The notes beneath the pieces were generated by a model. The model saw only the letters and a list, made by a program, of their open reading frames with translations, made no database searches and was not told the origin of the DNA. A program made the translations under genes and the position numbers. Positions 20,572 to 32,859 of a stretch of DNA of 64,000 bases are shown here, piece after piece (positions within the stretch are counted from its first letter, which is position 1; every line of letters starts with the position of its first letter). The stretch is from NCBI GenBank assembly GCA_963819235.1, contig CAWFVE010000003.1, forward strand, positions 947,568 through 1,011,567. Reading direction: 5' to 3'. This DNA comes from an uncultured Acidobacteriota bacterium. Its GTDB lineage: Bacteria; Acidobacteriota; Terriglobia; Acidiferrales; UBA7541.

Positions 20572-22004
20572 ATGGCCGTCGAAGTTATCATGCCCCAGAT
20601 GGGGGAAAGCATCTTCGAAGGCACCATCACGAAATGGCTGAAAAAGCCTGGAGATTCGATAGAACGCGATGAGCCGCTTTTTGAAATCTCCACCGACAAG
20701 GTCGATGCCGAAATCCCATCACCCGCCGCCGGCGTCCTCAAGGAGATTCGCGTCGAAGAGGGCAAGACGGTTCCCATCCAGACCGTGGTAGCCGTCATCG
20801 ATTCCGCAGGATCTCAGTCCGCAGCGAAGCCCGTGGCCGCTCGCCCGGCTGAAGCGCCAGCCATACCAGCCGCATCGGCCAAGGCGCAGGCTCCTCCCGC
20901 GCAGGCCCCATCGTCACCTCGGCAAGAGCCCGAAGTGCGCGCTGACCGGCGAGCCGCCCCGCCTCCGCAACAAAAGCCGATGCCGGATATTACGGCGCCT
21001 CAAGAAGCTCTGGCCTCCGAGGAAGAAGAGGAAGAGAGCGTTTCCCCGGACGGCAAACGCATTCGCAGCTCTCCGCTGGTGCGTCGCCTCGCGCGTGAAA
21101 ACCAGATCGATCTAGGCTACCATTCAAGGCAGCGGCGTCGGAGGACGCATCAGCAAGAAAGACGTGCTCGCGGCTATTTCCGCCGCGGAGCGGCCTGCCA
21201 CTCCCGCCCCCAAGCTGCGCCTCCGCTTTCGGCCCCGCCGTCAATTCCCGGACCGCGACCTCGCCCTCTCCGCTGCTGGAGACGGCGGTGCCCCGCGAGC
21301 GGATCTATTTCGGCCACTACGAAGTTCGGCCGATGAGCGTGATGCGCCAGCGCATTGCCGAGCATATGGTCCTTTCCAAACGTGTTTCGCCCCACGTCTA
21401 CTCCATCGATGAGGCGGACATGACTCGCATCGCGCACGTGCGTGAGCAGGCTCGCGCCGAATTCGAGCGAAGGCACCAGATGAAGCTCACCTTCATGCCC
21501 TTTTTCGTGCGCGCCTGCGTGGACGCTCTTCGTGATTTCCCGATGGTGAACGCTTCCGTGGACGGCATCAACGTCGTTTTGCACGGCGAGATCAATATCG
21601 GTATTGCCGTGGCGCTCGATTGGGGATTGATCGTTCCCGTGCTCAAGAATGCCGAGGAGAAGAATTTCCTCGGCTTGCAGCGGGGAATCAATGATCTGGC
21701 TGAGCGGGCCCGCGCGAAAAAACTGAAGCCCGAGGAAGTTCAGGAGAGCACTTTCTCCATCACCAACCCGGGCACCTTCGGCGGGTTGATGGGTCTGCCG
21801 GTGATCAATCAGCCCAACGTAGCCATTCTAGGTATCGGGGCGATCCAGAAGCGCCCAGTCGTCATCGATGATGCCATCGCCATCCGTTCCATGGTCTATC
21901 TCACCTTGAGTTACGATCACCGGGTCGTGGATGGCGCCATGGCGCATCAGTTCATGCGCCGCGTGAAGGAGCGCTTGGAAAACTGGAGTGAAGAGGTAGT
22001 CTGA
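20572..22004 (+). pseudogene. Dihydrolipoamide acyltransferase (E2), split over three frames
   Basis: The lipoyl domain (EISTDKVDAEIPSPAAGVL) lies in frame 1. The E3-binding domain breaks at 21115 (IRSSPLVRRLARENQIDL | ATIQGSGVGGRISKKDVLAAI in frame 2). The catalytic domain (SYDHRVVDGA) lies in the third frame from ~21288. Confidence 0.85.
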
Positions 22005-22065
22005 GAATCTCGGGCAAGTCGTTCGGATTATGAGCTCGGTCGTGGCCCGCACAAACAATCCGTTG

Positions 22066-24165
22066 TTATCGCACGCTGTGCTGGTTGGTCAAAAACGCGC
22101 CACGATAATCGTGATGTCGTCCATCTGCTCGACGGGCCCGGTCCATCGATCGACCACCTCGAGCACATTCTTTAGCACTGACCCGGGCTGTCTCCTGCCG
22201 CAAGCGCAAAGCCACGTCGAGCAGGCGCTGCTCGCCGAGTTCGCGGCCGTCCGGATCTTCCGCCTCGGTTAGGCCGTCGCTGTAAGCAATCAGCAAGCTT
22301 CCGGGCGGCACTTCGATAACTTGCGATTCATAGCGGCGATCGTCGAAAAGGCCGAGCACCGTGCCGCCCACGCTCAGCCGCTGCACTTTTTCGCCGGTGA
22401 TGCAAAACGGCGCGGGATGGCCGGCATTGGTGTACTCCAGACGGCGCGTTTGCGCATCGTAGACGCCATAAAAGAACGTCGCGTAGCGATCCGCTGACGT
22501 GCTGCGAAACAGGTGCTGGTTCAGGCGGGCCACAATTTCCGCGGTGCTGCCGGGACCCCGACCGTTGAATAGCGCCTGGCTGCGCAGCGCTGCCTGCAGG
22601 CTGGCCATAATCAGCGCGGCCGAGATACCTTTGCCGCTGATATCGGCCAGGGCCAAACCCAAGCGTCCCGGGCCCAGCGGCAGGAAATCGTAATAATCCC
22701 CGCTCACCACCCGCGCCGGGCGGCAGACCGCCTCGATCTCCACACCCTGCACAGCGGGTTTCTCCGTCGGGAAAAGCTGTGCTTGCACTTCGCGAGCAAT
22801 GGCCAGCTCGTGTTCCAGCCGTTGGAGCTGGCGCTGCTCGTCAATCAATGTCGCCACGGATGCGGTCATGGAGTTGAACGAGCTCGCCAGAGCGCCGAGC
22901 TGATCGCGCCGCCGGATTTCTATGCGATGGCTGAAATCGCCGGATTCGACGTAGCGCGTGGCCTGATAAAGGTCGTCTACGGCGCGCGTCATCGAACGCG
23001 TCAGGGAGATGCTGCCGGCGAAGGCGGCAAATTCGATAACCAGAAAAATCGCCCCGGCCACGAGCAACGCCGTCACAGCTATGCCGCCCCATTCGCCGAC
23101 CAGCGCGAGCAGCAGCCCATTGATCTGCGAAGCCCACGCCGTGTATCGCACGATCACCGGCACGGCCGGCTCGCGGATTCGAGACATCGGCCAGATTCAC
23201 GGCATCGAGCCGCACGAAGCCGGTCACTCTGAAGTCGAACCAGTGCCGCCGAGGAGGCAGTGCGCGGCCTGCAGCCTGCACCTGCCGCACAGGAACGAGG
23301 ATGCTGCCGCGGCTTCGATAAAAGAATGCGGGGCGGGCGCGCCTGCTGTGCTGCGCGTGCGATAACCACTTCGACGGGGACCAAGCTGCGGCCCGAGCGT
23401 GGCCACGAATTCCGGCGTTACCGGCACCTCGGCCGACAGGATGATCTCCTGGCCGTTCAGCAAGCGCCGCGCGGTCACGGCGCGCAGTTTCAGCGTGCCG
23501 TGATCCTCCACCAATCCTTCGAAGCGCGGCCGCCGCCCCCCGCTCCCTCGCGCCAGCAATTCCTGGCCGGCGCCCAATTCAATCTTCAACCCGGGGAAGC
23601 TTTCCTGGGCTGCGGCGAAAAACGCCTCGACGACGGGGAGGCGGGCGCCGTAACCGGACCGACCGGGGCTCCCGCGCCGCTCGCGGCGCTCTCCAGGGCA
23701 TAGGCCGTGATCAGCGTGTCGGCCGTGGACTCGACCTGATCGATGCGTTTCTCCAGGTCCGCATACAGAAGATAAGCCCCGAAATGCCAATAGAGGAGGT
23801 AAAGCGAAAGCGCGCCCATGGCCAGTAGCAGCACCAGAGGAACGACGGCCAGGAAAACATACAAGTCGATCAATTGGTTGCGCATGCTCCAGAGCCACTG
23901 AGCGCGCGTCCAGAGCAGCCCGCGAACGACGAGATAACCCGCCGCGAGCGATGACGACTATGCGCAAAATCGCGATGCCCGGAACGCGCCTCTCGGCCAG
24001 CCCGAAAAGCGCCAGCAGGGCATAGATCAGCACGGCCGCTGAGGCCAGCCGATCCACAAGATTGAGGCGGCGCCAGAGGTCGCGCCCGAACTTGCTGACG
24101 TGTGACAAAATTGAATGCACGGTGCTTGGAAATTCTTGCTGTGCTGGTGGCATCGGAGGCGCCAT
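22066..24165 (-). pseudogene. Membrane sensor HAMP-PP2C (SpoIIE/RsbU-like) phosphatase, at least 5 frame breaks in the N-terminal half
   Basis: 22066-23187 is intact: HAMP (DQLGALASSFNSM) plus PP2C (VSGDYYDF, DISGKGISAAL, YSDGLTEA). Upstream TM and sensor segments continue sensibly only by hopping frames near 23190, 23355, 23385, 23660 and 23935. Confidence 0.75.
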
Positions 24166-24362
24166 TTAGCGAAATCGCGAGCGCAGTTTACTCCTCAGGA
24201 GTCCTGAGTCAATCGGCCTTCGCCTTCGCGATGGAACTTCTCATCCGCCACCTTCTGTGATATTACTCGTTCCAGCCTTCGAGTTCTTCACTCGTGCTGT
24301 CGGAGGCACGGGTATAGACAACATAGCTCAAGCGTTCTGACAATTCGTCGGGGGAGTGGTGC

Positions 24363-25808
24363 ATGCGTGCTAATCGTGTGCTACAGGCGTTTTTTATTGT
24401 ACTGGCGCCGCTAGCCGTCTTCTTTCTTTATGTTCGCGCTACGCGTTCCAGCGATTTTATCGTTTATTACCGCGCATCGCGTGTATTGGTCGAAGGCCAT
24501 GGCCATTTGTATGGCCCGCTGAGCGGTATCGGCTGGCCCCAATATTTCCGCTATACGCCCCTGTTTTTGCTCGTTTTCTTGCCTTTTGCATTGCTGCCCT
24601 ATAAAGCAGCCGTCGCGGTCTGGCTTTGCTGCTTGCTCAAGTGCGCGGCCATATATTTTGATTCGCGCGTGCGCCGTTGGGTCTTGCCAGGACCGGCTAC
24701 TGGTGGTCCTTCTCATGCTCTTGTGCGGCGGGTTTGTAGTGCAGGAACTCAGCCTGGGAATGTGCAGTTTCTTGATCTTTGCTATGGTCGCGGCAAGCCT
24801 GCTCTGGCTCGATCAGCACCGCCATGCGGCGGTCTTTCACTGCGTCCTCGCCCTGCGCCTGGCGGTTGACGGCCAGCTTTGAAGGTGCCGCTGTTGTCTT
24901 TGCACGGTCTCAGTCGGGGTCTTCTGCTGGCTGACTGCGTATCCTCCGAAGCGTCTTTTCCTTGCACGCTGGCCGCATCATTTCCTCAAGGATATCCCCT
25001 GTTTTTTGTGCCCTACTGCTCTCGCCGAGCGCACACCCATGGTCCTGCGACCCTCGGTCTGATCGGCGGATTGAGCTCTTGCCGGCGACATTGGATGGAG
25101 CGGCAATCTCCATCTCCTTCGAGAGTGGGCTGCGCAAGGAGTGGGCCACGGGCAGCCTGCAGGTTGGCATGTGGTTTCCCCATCAGTCCCTCAGCGGCAT
25201 TCTGGAAAGGTATCTGACGCGTATGGACTACTCCGGCTGGACGGATCGAAATTACGTCCAGCTTCATCTCCTGAATCTCAATCCCGTTTACATTCCCTGG
25301 ATTTGGGCCGTCCTCGTGGGGACCGTTTACCTCGGGCCTTCTGTGGATGGCGCGCCAGACCATGGAAGACGCTGGCAATCCGATGCAGGTCCTCGTCATG
25401 GATAGCCTCGCGTTTTGCGCACTTCCGGTGCTCGAACCCTTTGCCCATCGCATTGCTTTTGTCGTATTGCTCTGGCCGGCGATGGTTGCGGCGGCTCTCC
25501 TCGCGCGCAAGGGAATTCCATCTGCTTGGTCGAAGGCGTTTATCTACGCGGCCGCAACGATCGAAGCGATCGAAGTATTGACGCCCGGCGCAAGGATGCA
25601 GCGGCTTTACCAGATCCTTGGCGTGGATTTCTGGGCTACCTGCATATTGGCTGCCGGTCTGCTGAAGGCATGGTTCGAATGGCGCGACGCGTTCGGGTCC
25701 GAGGTAATATGTGTGGAAGTTGCCTTGGATAATCGCCATGAACTCGTGCCGAAGCACGGAGTTTTTGCTGCTCACGTCGCACGGGCGAGTTCAAGCAGCG
25801 AGGAATGA
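24363..25808 (+). pseudogene. Polytopic membrane protein, DUF2029/GT87-like glycosyltransferase, fragmented over several frames
   Basis: Hydrophobic protein-like stretches occur in ORFs 24363-24869, 24586-24882, 24962-25405 and 25347-25808. The N-terminus SDFIVYYRASRVL...YRYTPLFLLVFLPFALLP resembles GT87 family openings. Family assignment is tentative. Confidence 0.45.
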
Positions 25809-25817
25809 CGCTGAGAG

Positions 25818-26534
25818 ATGACGGGTAAGCTGTATGCAGGCACGTCTGGCTGGGCCTACCCGCAGTGGAAGCCCGATTTTTATCCCGCCAAGCTTGCCGC
25901 CGCAAAATTCCTCGGCTATTACGGCAGCCGCTTGAATTCGGTCGAGCTGAACTACACATTTCGCCGCTTCCCCACGGGCAAATTGCTCTCAGGATGGATT
26001 GCCGCTACACCCGAGGATTTCAAATTCGCGGTGAAAGCCAACCAGGCTATCACACATATCAAGCGGTTGAAGGACGCTGAAGACGTAACTTCCCGCTTCC
26101 TCGCCTCGCTCAACGATTTGCGCGAAGCTGGCAAGCTGGGACCGGTGCTCTTTCAGTTGCCGCCGTTCTTGCGCTGCGATTTGCCGCGGCTCAAGGATTT
26201 TCTCGCTCAACTTCCGCGCGATACCCGCGCGGCGTTTGAATTCCGCCACGACTCCTGGTTCACCGATGAAGTCTTCGCCCTTCTGCGCGAGGCCAACGCC
26301 GCTCTCTGCGAGGCGGAGAGCGAAAAATTAGAGACTCCGCATGTCCGTACCGCCGACTTCACTTATTTTCGGCTGCGCAAGCAGAGCTATTCCGCGAAAG
26401 AACGCTCCGAGCTGGCCAAAAGGGTTCATGAACTTGCGCGATCGGGCGACGTCTTCACCTATTTCAAGCACGAAGACACGCCGGAAGGCGCTCTATACGC
26501 CGAAGATCTGTTGTCCGTGTCTAAACCCAATTAA
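25818..26534 (+). CDS. DUF72 family protein (YecE-like)
   Basis: The opening GTSGWAYPQWKPDFYP...YYGSRLNSVELNYTFRR is the DUF72 signature. The frame is intact. Confidence 0.88.
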   Translation: MTGKLYAGTSGWAYPQWKPDFYPAKLAAAKFLGYYGSRLNSVELNYTFRRFPTGKLLSGWIAATPEDFKFAVKANQAITHIKRLKDAEDVTSRFLASLNDLREAGKLGPVLFQLPPFLRCDLPRLKDFLAQLPRDTRAAFEFRHDSWFTDEVFALLREANAALCEAESEKLETPHVRTADFTYFRLRKQSYSAKERSELAKRVHELARSGDVFTYFKHEDTPEGALYAEDLLSVSKPN

Positions 26535-26650
26535 GCGGTACTCGCGAGACCGTAAGCCGGACCGGGCCGGGAATCACTTTCTTTTTCTTGACTCCTTATT
26601 CCAAGCGCGTGGGTTCGTGCTTTCTTCGCCGAGCGCGTTACAATTAGCAA

Positions 26651-29600
26651 ATGGCCGCGAACGCCTCCGAAAAACTTTCTTTCGTTGAGGGCTCGAACGG
26701 CGCGCCCGATGGACCGCCCAGTCAGGCACTCGACTGGGCGCATCCTATCGTCCGCGAGTGGTTCCTGGAGCGCTTCGCCTCGCCTACCGAGCCGCAGGAA
26801 CTGGGCTGGCCGCACATCCTCGCTCGCCGCACCACGGTAATTTCAGCGCCCACCGGCTCGGGCAAGACCCTGGCCGCCTTTCTCGCTTGCATCGATCGGC
26901 TGGTGCGCAAAGCGCTTGCCGGAGAACTGCAAGACGCCACCGAAGTGCTTTACGTCTCGCCGCTTAAGGCCCTGGGCAACGATATCCAGAAGAATCTCGA
27001 GGTCCCGCTCGGCGAAATTCTTCAGAAAGCCGCCCAGCGCGGGCTGCTGATGCCCGAAATCCGCGTTGGCGTTCGCACTGGCGATACGCTGATGCACGAG
27101 CGCCGCAAGATGCTGGTGCGGCCGCCGCACATTCTGGTGACCACGCCCGAATCGCTCTACATTTTGCTTACGGCCGAAAAGAGCCGGGCAATCCTGCGCA
27201 ATATCGAAACGGTGATCGTGGACGAGATCCACGCCGTCGCCGACGATAAGCGCGGCGCGCATCTGGCCCTTTCACTCGAACGGCTCGAAGCTTTGCTCCC
27301 GCGCCCGCCGGTGCGCATCGGCCTTTCCGCCACGCAGAAGCCGATCGATTCGATCGCGCAATTCCTTGCCGGGAACAACCGGCCTGCGCCCGTGATCGTT
27401 GATACCGGCCACGGCCGCCGCATGGATATCGCCATCGAGGTGCCTCCCAGCGAACTCGGCCCGGTGGCCTCCAACGAAATGTGGGGCGAGATTTACGACC
27501 GCATCGCGGCCCTCGTACTGCAGCACCGTTCCACGCTGGTGTTCGTCAATACGCGGCGGCTTTCCGAGCGCGTGGCGCATCATCTGGCCGAGCGGCTTGG
27601 CAAAGAAGCCGTGGCGGCGCACCACGGCAGCCTCTCGCGCAAGCTCCGCCTCGCAGCGGAACGCAAGCTGAAAGCTGGCGAAGTGCGCGTGCTCGTGGCT
27701 ACCGCGTCGCTCGAATTGGGCATCGATATCGGCTTCGTGGATTTGGTCTGCCAGATCGGCTCGCCCCGTGCGATTGCCGTAGCCCTGCAGCGCATCGGCC
27801 GCGCCGGCCATTGGCGTGGCGCGATTCCCAAGGGCCGCATCTTCGCCACTACCCTCGACGAATTGGTGGAATGTGCTGCGCTGGTGCGCTGCGTGCGCTC
27901 GGGCGAGCTCGACAAGTTGGAAATTCCCGCCAATCCCCTCGACGTTCTGGCTCAGCAGATCGTGGCCGCTTGCGCCGCCGAGGAATGGCGCGAGGACGAT
28001 CTCTACGAACTGGTTCGCCACGCGTATCCCTACCGCGATCTGCCCCGCGCGGATTTCGATGCCATCCTGGAGATGCTTTCCGAAGGCATCGCCGCCCGCC
28101 GCGGCCGCTATAGCGCCTATCTTTTCCGCGACCGCGTCAATCATCGCCTCAAGGGCCGCCGGGGAAGCCGGCTCGCCGCCATCACCAGCGGCGGAGCCAT
28201 TCCCGAAAATTCGCTCTATACCGTTGTCGCTGCGCCGGACGACACGCCGGTCGGCACCGTGGACGAGGACTTCGCCGTGGAGAGCCTGGCCGGCGACATC
28301 ATGCTGCTGGGCAATTCGTCTTGGCGCATTCGGCGCGTGCAGCTGGGCCGCGTGCTGGTCGAAGACGCGCAAGGCGCGGCGCCCAACGTCCCGTTTTGGC
28401 GCGGCGAAGCGCCGGCGCGCACGGCTGAGCTCTCCGCGCAGGTCTCCTGGCTGCGCGAGGAGATCGCCTCGCGTACAGCCGCACAAAACGGCCTTCGCGA
28501 AACGGCAGACAGTGCCGCAACCCGGGATTGGCTCAAGCAGGAATGCGGTCTTGACGATGGCGGCGCCGAGCAAATCATCAAGTACATCGCCGCCGGAATC
28601 TCCGTGCTCGGCGCCGTGCCCTCGCAGGAATTGATTATCGCCGAGCGCTTTTTTGACGAAGGCGGCGGCATGCAGCTTGTGATCCATGCGCCCTTCGGCG
28701 CGCGGATCAATAAAGCCTGGGGCCTGGCGCTCAGGAAAAAGTTCTGCCGCTCGTTCAATTTTGAGTTGCAAGCCGCGGCGACGGACAACGGCTTGAACAT
28801 TTCGCTCAGCGAACAGCATAGTTTTCCGCTCGCCGACGTCTTCCGTTATCTGCTTCCGGCTACGGTGCAGCAGATTTTGGAGCAGGCCGTGCTGGCCGCG
28901 CCGCTTTTTGGCGTGCGCTGGCGCTGGGCCGCGGGGCGCGCCCTGGCTCTCTTGCGTTTTCAGGGCGGGAAGAAGGTCGCTCCGCAGATTCAGCGCATGC
29001 GCGCTGAGGATTTGCTCGGCGCCGTCTTTCCGCAAGCGCTCGCCTGTCAGGAGAATATCGTCGGCGATATCGCCATTCCCGATCATCCCCTCGTGCGCGA
29101 AACGATGAAGGACGTGCTCACCGAAGCCCTCGATGTGGATGGCTTGAAGCGCGTCCTGTCCGGCTTGGTGGAGGGCCGGATCAAATGCCTGGCTGTGGAT
29201 ACGCCGGTGCCTTCCGCCTTCTCGCACGAGATACTCAACGCTAATCCCTACGCTTATCTCGACGACGCGCCGCTCGAGGAGCGCAGAGCGCGCGCCGTGG
29301 ATATGCGCCGCGCTCTCCCCGAGGCGCTGGCCTCGGAGTTGGGGCGGCTCGATCCCGCTGCCATCGATGAGGTAAGGCGCGACGCCTGGCCGGACGTGCG
29401 CGATGCCGATGAATTGCACGATGCGCTCCTCACTTTTGTGGCTTTGCCGGAGGTGGCGCCGCCGGACGCTCTTCCTTTGCGTCCACTGCGTGAACGATTG
29501 GCCGAATCGCTTCCTCGATGGCAAAACCATTTCGATGAACTGGCTCGGCAGAATCGTGCCACCCGCGCCACGCAAGATGGCCGCACGTATTGGGTATGCG

Positions 29601-31016
29601 CGGAGACAGCGCCCGTATTCCGGCAGATTTTTGGCGCGGCTTCCTTTTGTCAAGCTCTGCCCGATATCGGCGCTGGGGTGGCGTCGAAAGAGGATGCCGT
29701 AGCGGCGATGGTCACGGGTTGGATGTCCCACGCCGGCCCCGCCACCGCCGCCGAATTGTGCGAACTCCTCGGCGTTTCCGCCTCGGAAATAGACAAGGCC
29801 CTGTTGCGGCTGGAAGCCGAGCGGCTCGATTCTCAGAGGAAATTTCACTGGCGCCTCTGCACAGGTTACCGAGTGGTGCGATCGTCGCTTGCTCGCCCGC
29901 ATCCACCGGCTCACCGTGGGCGAATTGCGAAAGCAGGTGCAGCCCGTTACTCCGGCGCAATTCATGCGCTGGCTTCTGCGCTGGCAGCACGCCGCGCCCG
30001 GCACGCAACTCATCGGCGAACGTGGTCTGCTGGAGACCCTGCGCCAGTTGCAGGGCTTCGAGGCGCCCGCGAACTCCTGGGAGCGGCAGATTCTCCGGCA
30101 GCGCGTCGCCGATTATTCACCGCAGGTTCTCGACCAGCTTTGCCTTACGGGCTCCGCTGGGTGGGCGCGTTTGTCGCCGCATCCCGCGACTCTGGAAGCG
30201 GTCACTTCTGGCGGACGCCGCGTGATTCCCACCAGCGTCGCCCCTATCGCCTTTTTCGTGCGCGACGACGCCGATTGGATGGCTGCCCGCCGTCACGATA
30301 ATGCTGGGCACCAGGGTCTTGGCCTAAGTGCTGCGGCGCGCGAGGTACACGCATTTTTGCGCGAACGTGGAGCTTCGTTTTTCCCCGACATTGTGCGCGG
30401 CACGCGGCGGCTCAAGGCCGAAGTCGAAACCGGCCTCTGGGAACTGGTCACCGCCGGCCTGATTACTGCGGATGGTTTCGATAATCTGCGCGCCCTGATC
30501 GATCCCAAACGGCGCGCCGGACACGGTTCTGGACGCGCCGCCCGCCCGCGTCATAGCAGTGGGCGATGGTCTTTGCTCTACACCGAGCCGCCCGCCACTC
30601 AGGCTGCCGACCGGGACTGCGCCCTCGAAGCCATTTGCAACGTGCTCTTGCGGCGCTATGGCGTGGTTTTTCGCGAGGTGCTGGCCCGCGAGAGTATTCT
30701 GCCGCCCTGGCGCGAACTCCTGGGCATGCTGCGGCGCCTGGAGGGGCGCGGCGAAGTCCGCGGCGGCAGATTCGTCAGCGATTTTCTGGGCGAGCAATTC
30801 GCGTTGCCGATCGCCGTGGAGTCTCTCCGGGCTATGCGCCGCGAACCTACGATAGGCGAGAGAGTGACCATCGCAGCCGCCGATCCGCTCAATCTGGCCG
30901 GGATTATCGTGCCGGGCGACCGCGTCGCCGCCAATTCCGGCACGTTTGTCACCTTCCGTGACGGCGCGGTGGCGGAGGATCCGCTTCCGATAACGGAACT
31001 CTCCGCGGCGCTCTAG
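26651..31016 (+). pseudogene. lhr: Large DEAH-box helicase Lhr, single frame break at ~29822
   Basis: Motifs SAPTGSGKTLAAFL, VDEIH and the Lhr C-terminal region. Frame 1 gives ...LLRLEAE and then nonsense. The next frame continues GSILRGNFTGASAQVTEWCDRRLLARIHRLTVGELRK, exactly the expected Lhr sequence. One extra or missing base lies at GAG-c-GGC (29819-29825). Confidence 0.9.
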
Positions 31017-31049
31017 CGCGCTGGTCCTGGCGGTGTCCTTCCCACGTTG

Positions 31050-32714
31050 ATGCACCGATTCACTCAAACATGCAACGCCGTTGCCGCAACCGCTAAGAAG
31101 ACGGAAAAAATCCGGCTGGTGAGCGGCCTCTTCCAAACCCTTCCCGTCGAAGATGCCGTGCGCGCCGCGATTTTTCTCACCGGTCGCCCTTTCCCCCGAT
31201 GGGACGAACGCGTCCTTGGCATTGGCGGCATGCTGCTCGCTCGCTTGGTTGGCGAAATGTCCGGGAAGAGCGGTGAAGCGATGAGCGGCGCTTATCGCCA
31301 GCACGGTGATCTCGGAGACATGGCCGAAGAGCTTTTGGCCGGGCGCAGCGCGCCCGGCGTGTCGCTGGGTGAAGTCGCGGAATGCTTTAACGAATTGGCG
31401 GCCCTTCGCGGCCAGAGCGGAAAAAGCGAATTGGTCCGCAAGCTCCTGGTGCGGGCCCAGCCGGCGGAAGTGAAGTACATCGTCAAGATCATGACCGGCG
31501 ATCTGCGAATTGGTTTACGGGAGAGCCTGGTCGAAGAGGCCGTCGCCAAGGCTTACGAGCGCCCGATCGCCGCGGTGCGGCGCGCCAATATGCTGCTCGG
31601 GGATATTGGCGAGACGCTGCGATACGGTTTTCGCAATGAGCTGGAGACGGTCCGTTTCCGCCTGTTTCATCCCATCGACTTCATGCTCGCGACTCCGGCG
31701 GAAAATGCCGCCGAGATTTTCAAGAACGCGCCCGAAGCCATGGCGGTCGAAGAAAAGTACGATGGCATTCGCACCCAGGCTCACAAGAGCGGCAGCCGCG
31801 TGAAGATTTTTTCGAGGACCTTGGACGAAGTGGTCGAATTTCCGGAACTAAGCGAACCACTGGCTGCCCTTCCCGGCGAGTACATCGTCGACGGCGAAGT
31901 CCTGGCCTGGCATGGCAATCAGCCTCTGCCTTTCACGCAGCTTCAAAAGCGGCTGGGCCGCAAGAGGCCGAATCTCGCACTGGTCCAGGAGATTCCGGTC
32001 AAGTTCGTGCTCTTCGATCTGCTTTACCACAATGGCGAACTGCTCTTGGACGCGCCGCTGTCGGAAAGACGCCGGCGGCTGAAGCAGATTCTCGATTCCG
32101 CACAAACAAAAGACCTTCAACTGGCGCCGGAGCGATTGTGCCAGACGCGCGAGGCGCTTGAAGACGCCTTTCAAGCCGCCTTATCCGCCGGACACGAAGG
32201 AATCGTGGCCAAAGCGCCCGATTCGCTCTATACGCCGGGACGCCGCGGCAGGTTTTGGTTCAAGCTTAAAGAGCCATTCGCCGCGCTCGACGTGGTCGTC
32301 ACGGCGGTCGAGTATGGCCATGGCAAACGGCACGGCGTTCTCTCGGACTACACGTTTGCAGTGCGCGACGGTGATCGCCTGCTCAACATCGGCAAGGCTT
32401 ATTCGGGCCTCACCGACGCTGAGATCCGCGAATTCACAGACTATTTCCTCACCCATACCCTCGAGGACCGTGGTTTCCGGCGCATCGTCGAGCCCAAAGT
32501 CGTGCTGGAGGTAGCCTTCAACAACATACAGCGCTCCAGCCGGCATGAGAGCGGCTTCGCTCTTCGCTTTCCCCGAATCCTGCGCCTGCGTCCGGATAAG
32601 ACGCCGGAGCAGATCGATACCCTCGACCGGGTGGCTCAACTCTACGCCAAGCAAGTCACCCTGCCGCGTTCACCGGGCGCCGCACATGAACGCGATCCCG
32701 GCACGGAATCATGA
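31050..32714 (+). CDS. ATP-dependent DNA ligase
   Basis: Adenylation motif I EEKYDGIR, followed by EGIVAK and the FPRILRLRPDK OB-fold end. 554 aa from the ATG at 31050 (the ORF track starts at TTG 31047). Confidence 0.93.
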   Translation: MHRFTQTCNAVAATAKKTEKIRLVSGLFQTLPVEDAVRAAIFLTGRPFPRWDERVLGIGGMLLARLVGEMSGKSGEAMSGAYRQHGDLGDMAEELLAGRSAPGVSLGEVAECFNELAALRGQSGKSELVRKLLVRAQPAEVKYIVKIMTGDLRIGLRESLVEEAVAKAYERPIAAVRRANMLLGDIGETLRYGFRNELETVRFRLFHPIDFMLATPAENAAEIFKNAPEAMAVEEKYDGIRTQAHKSGSRVKIFSRTLDEVVEFPELSEPLAALPGEYIVDGEVLAWHGNQPLPFTQLQKRLGRKRPNLALVQEIPVKFVLFDLLYHNGELLLDAPLSERRRRLKQILDSAQTKDLQLAPERLCQTREALEDAFQAALSAGHEGIVAKAPDSLYTPGRRGRFWFKLKEPFAALDVVVTAVEYGHGKRHGVLSDYTFAVRDGDRLLNIGKAYSGLTDAEIREFTDYFLTHTLEDRGFRRIVEPKVVLEVAFNNIQRSSRHESGFALRFPRILRLRPDKTPEQIDTLDRVAQLYAKQVTLPRSPGAAHERDPGTES

Positions 32715-32859
32715 AGCAAAGGCCCTGCTCGCGAGGACATGTTGTTAACCAATCGGTGTCGTCCCTTTAGCTTTAATACACTAAACCTTGTATTGCCCGA
32801 ATCCCCGGGATTAAACTCCCCCTCGTGCGCACCGCGATCAAGGGTGGGGTACGTTCCGA

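Noticed and set aside
27272-30013. 913-aa reverse-strand ORF, the longest after lhr itself
   Set aside because: It lies entirely antisense to the well-supported lhr gene. It is Arg/Gly/Ala-rich and low-complexity with no motifs. This is a typical shadow frame of a high-GC coding region.
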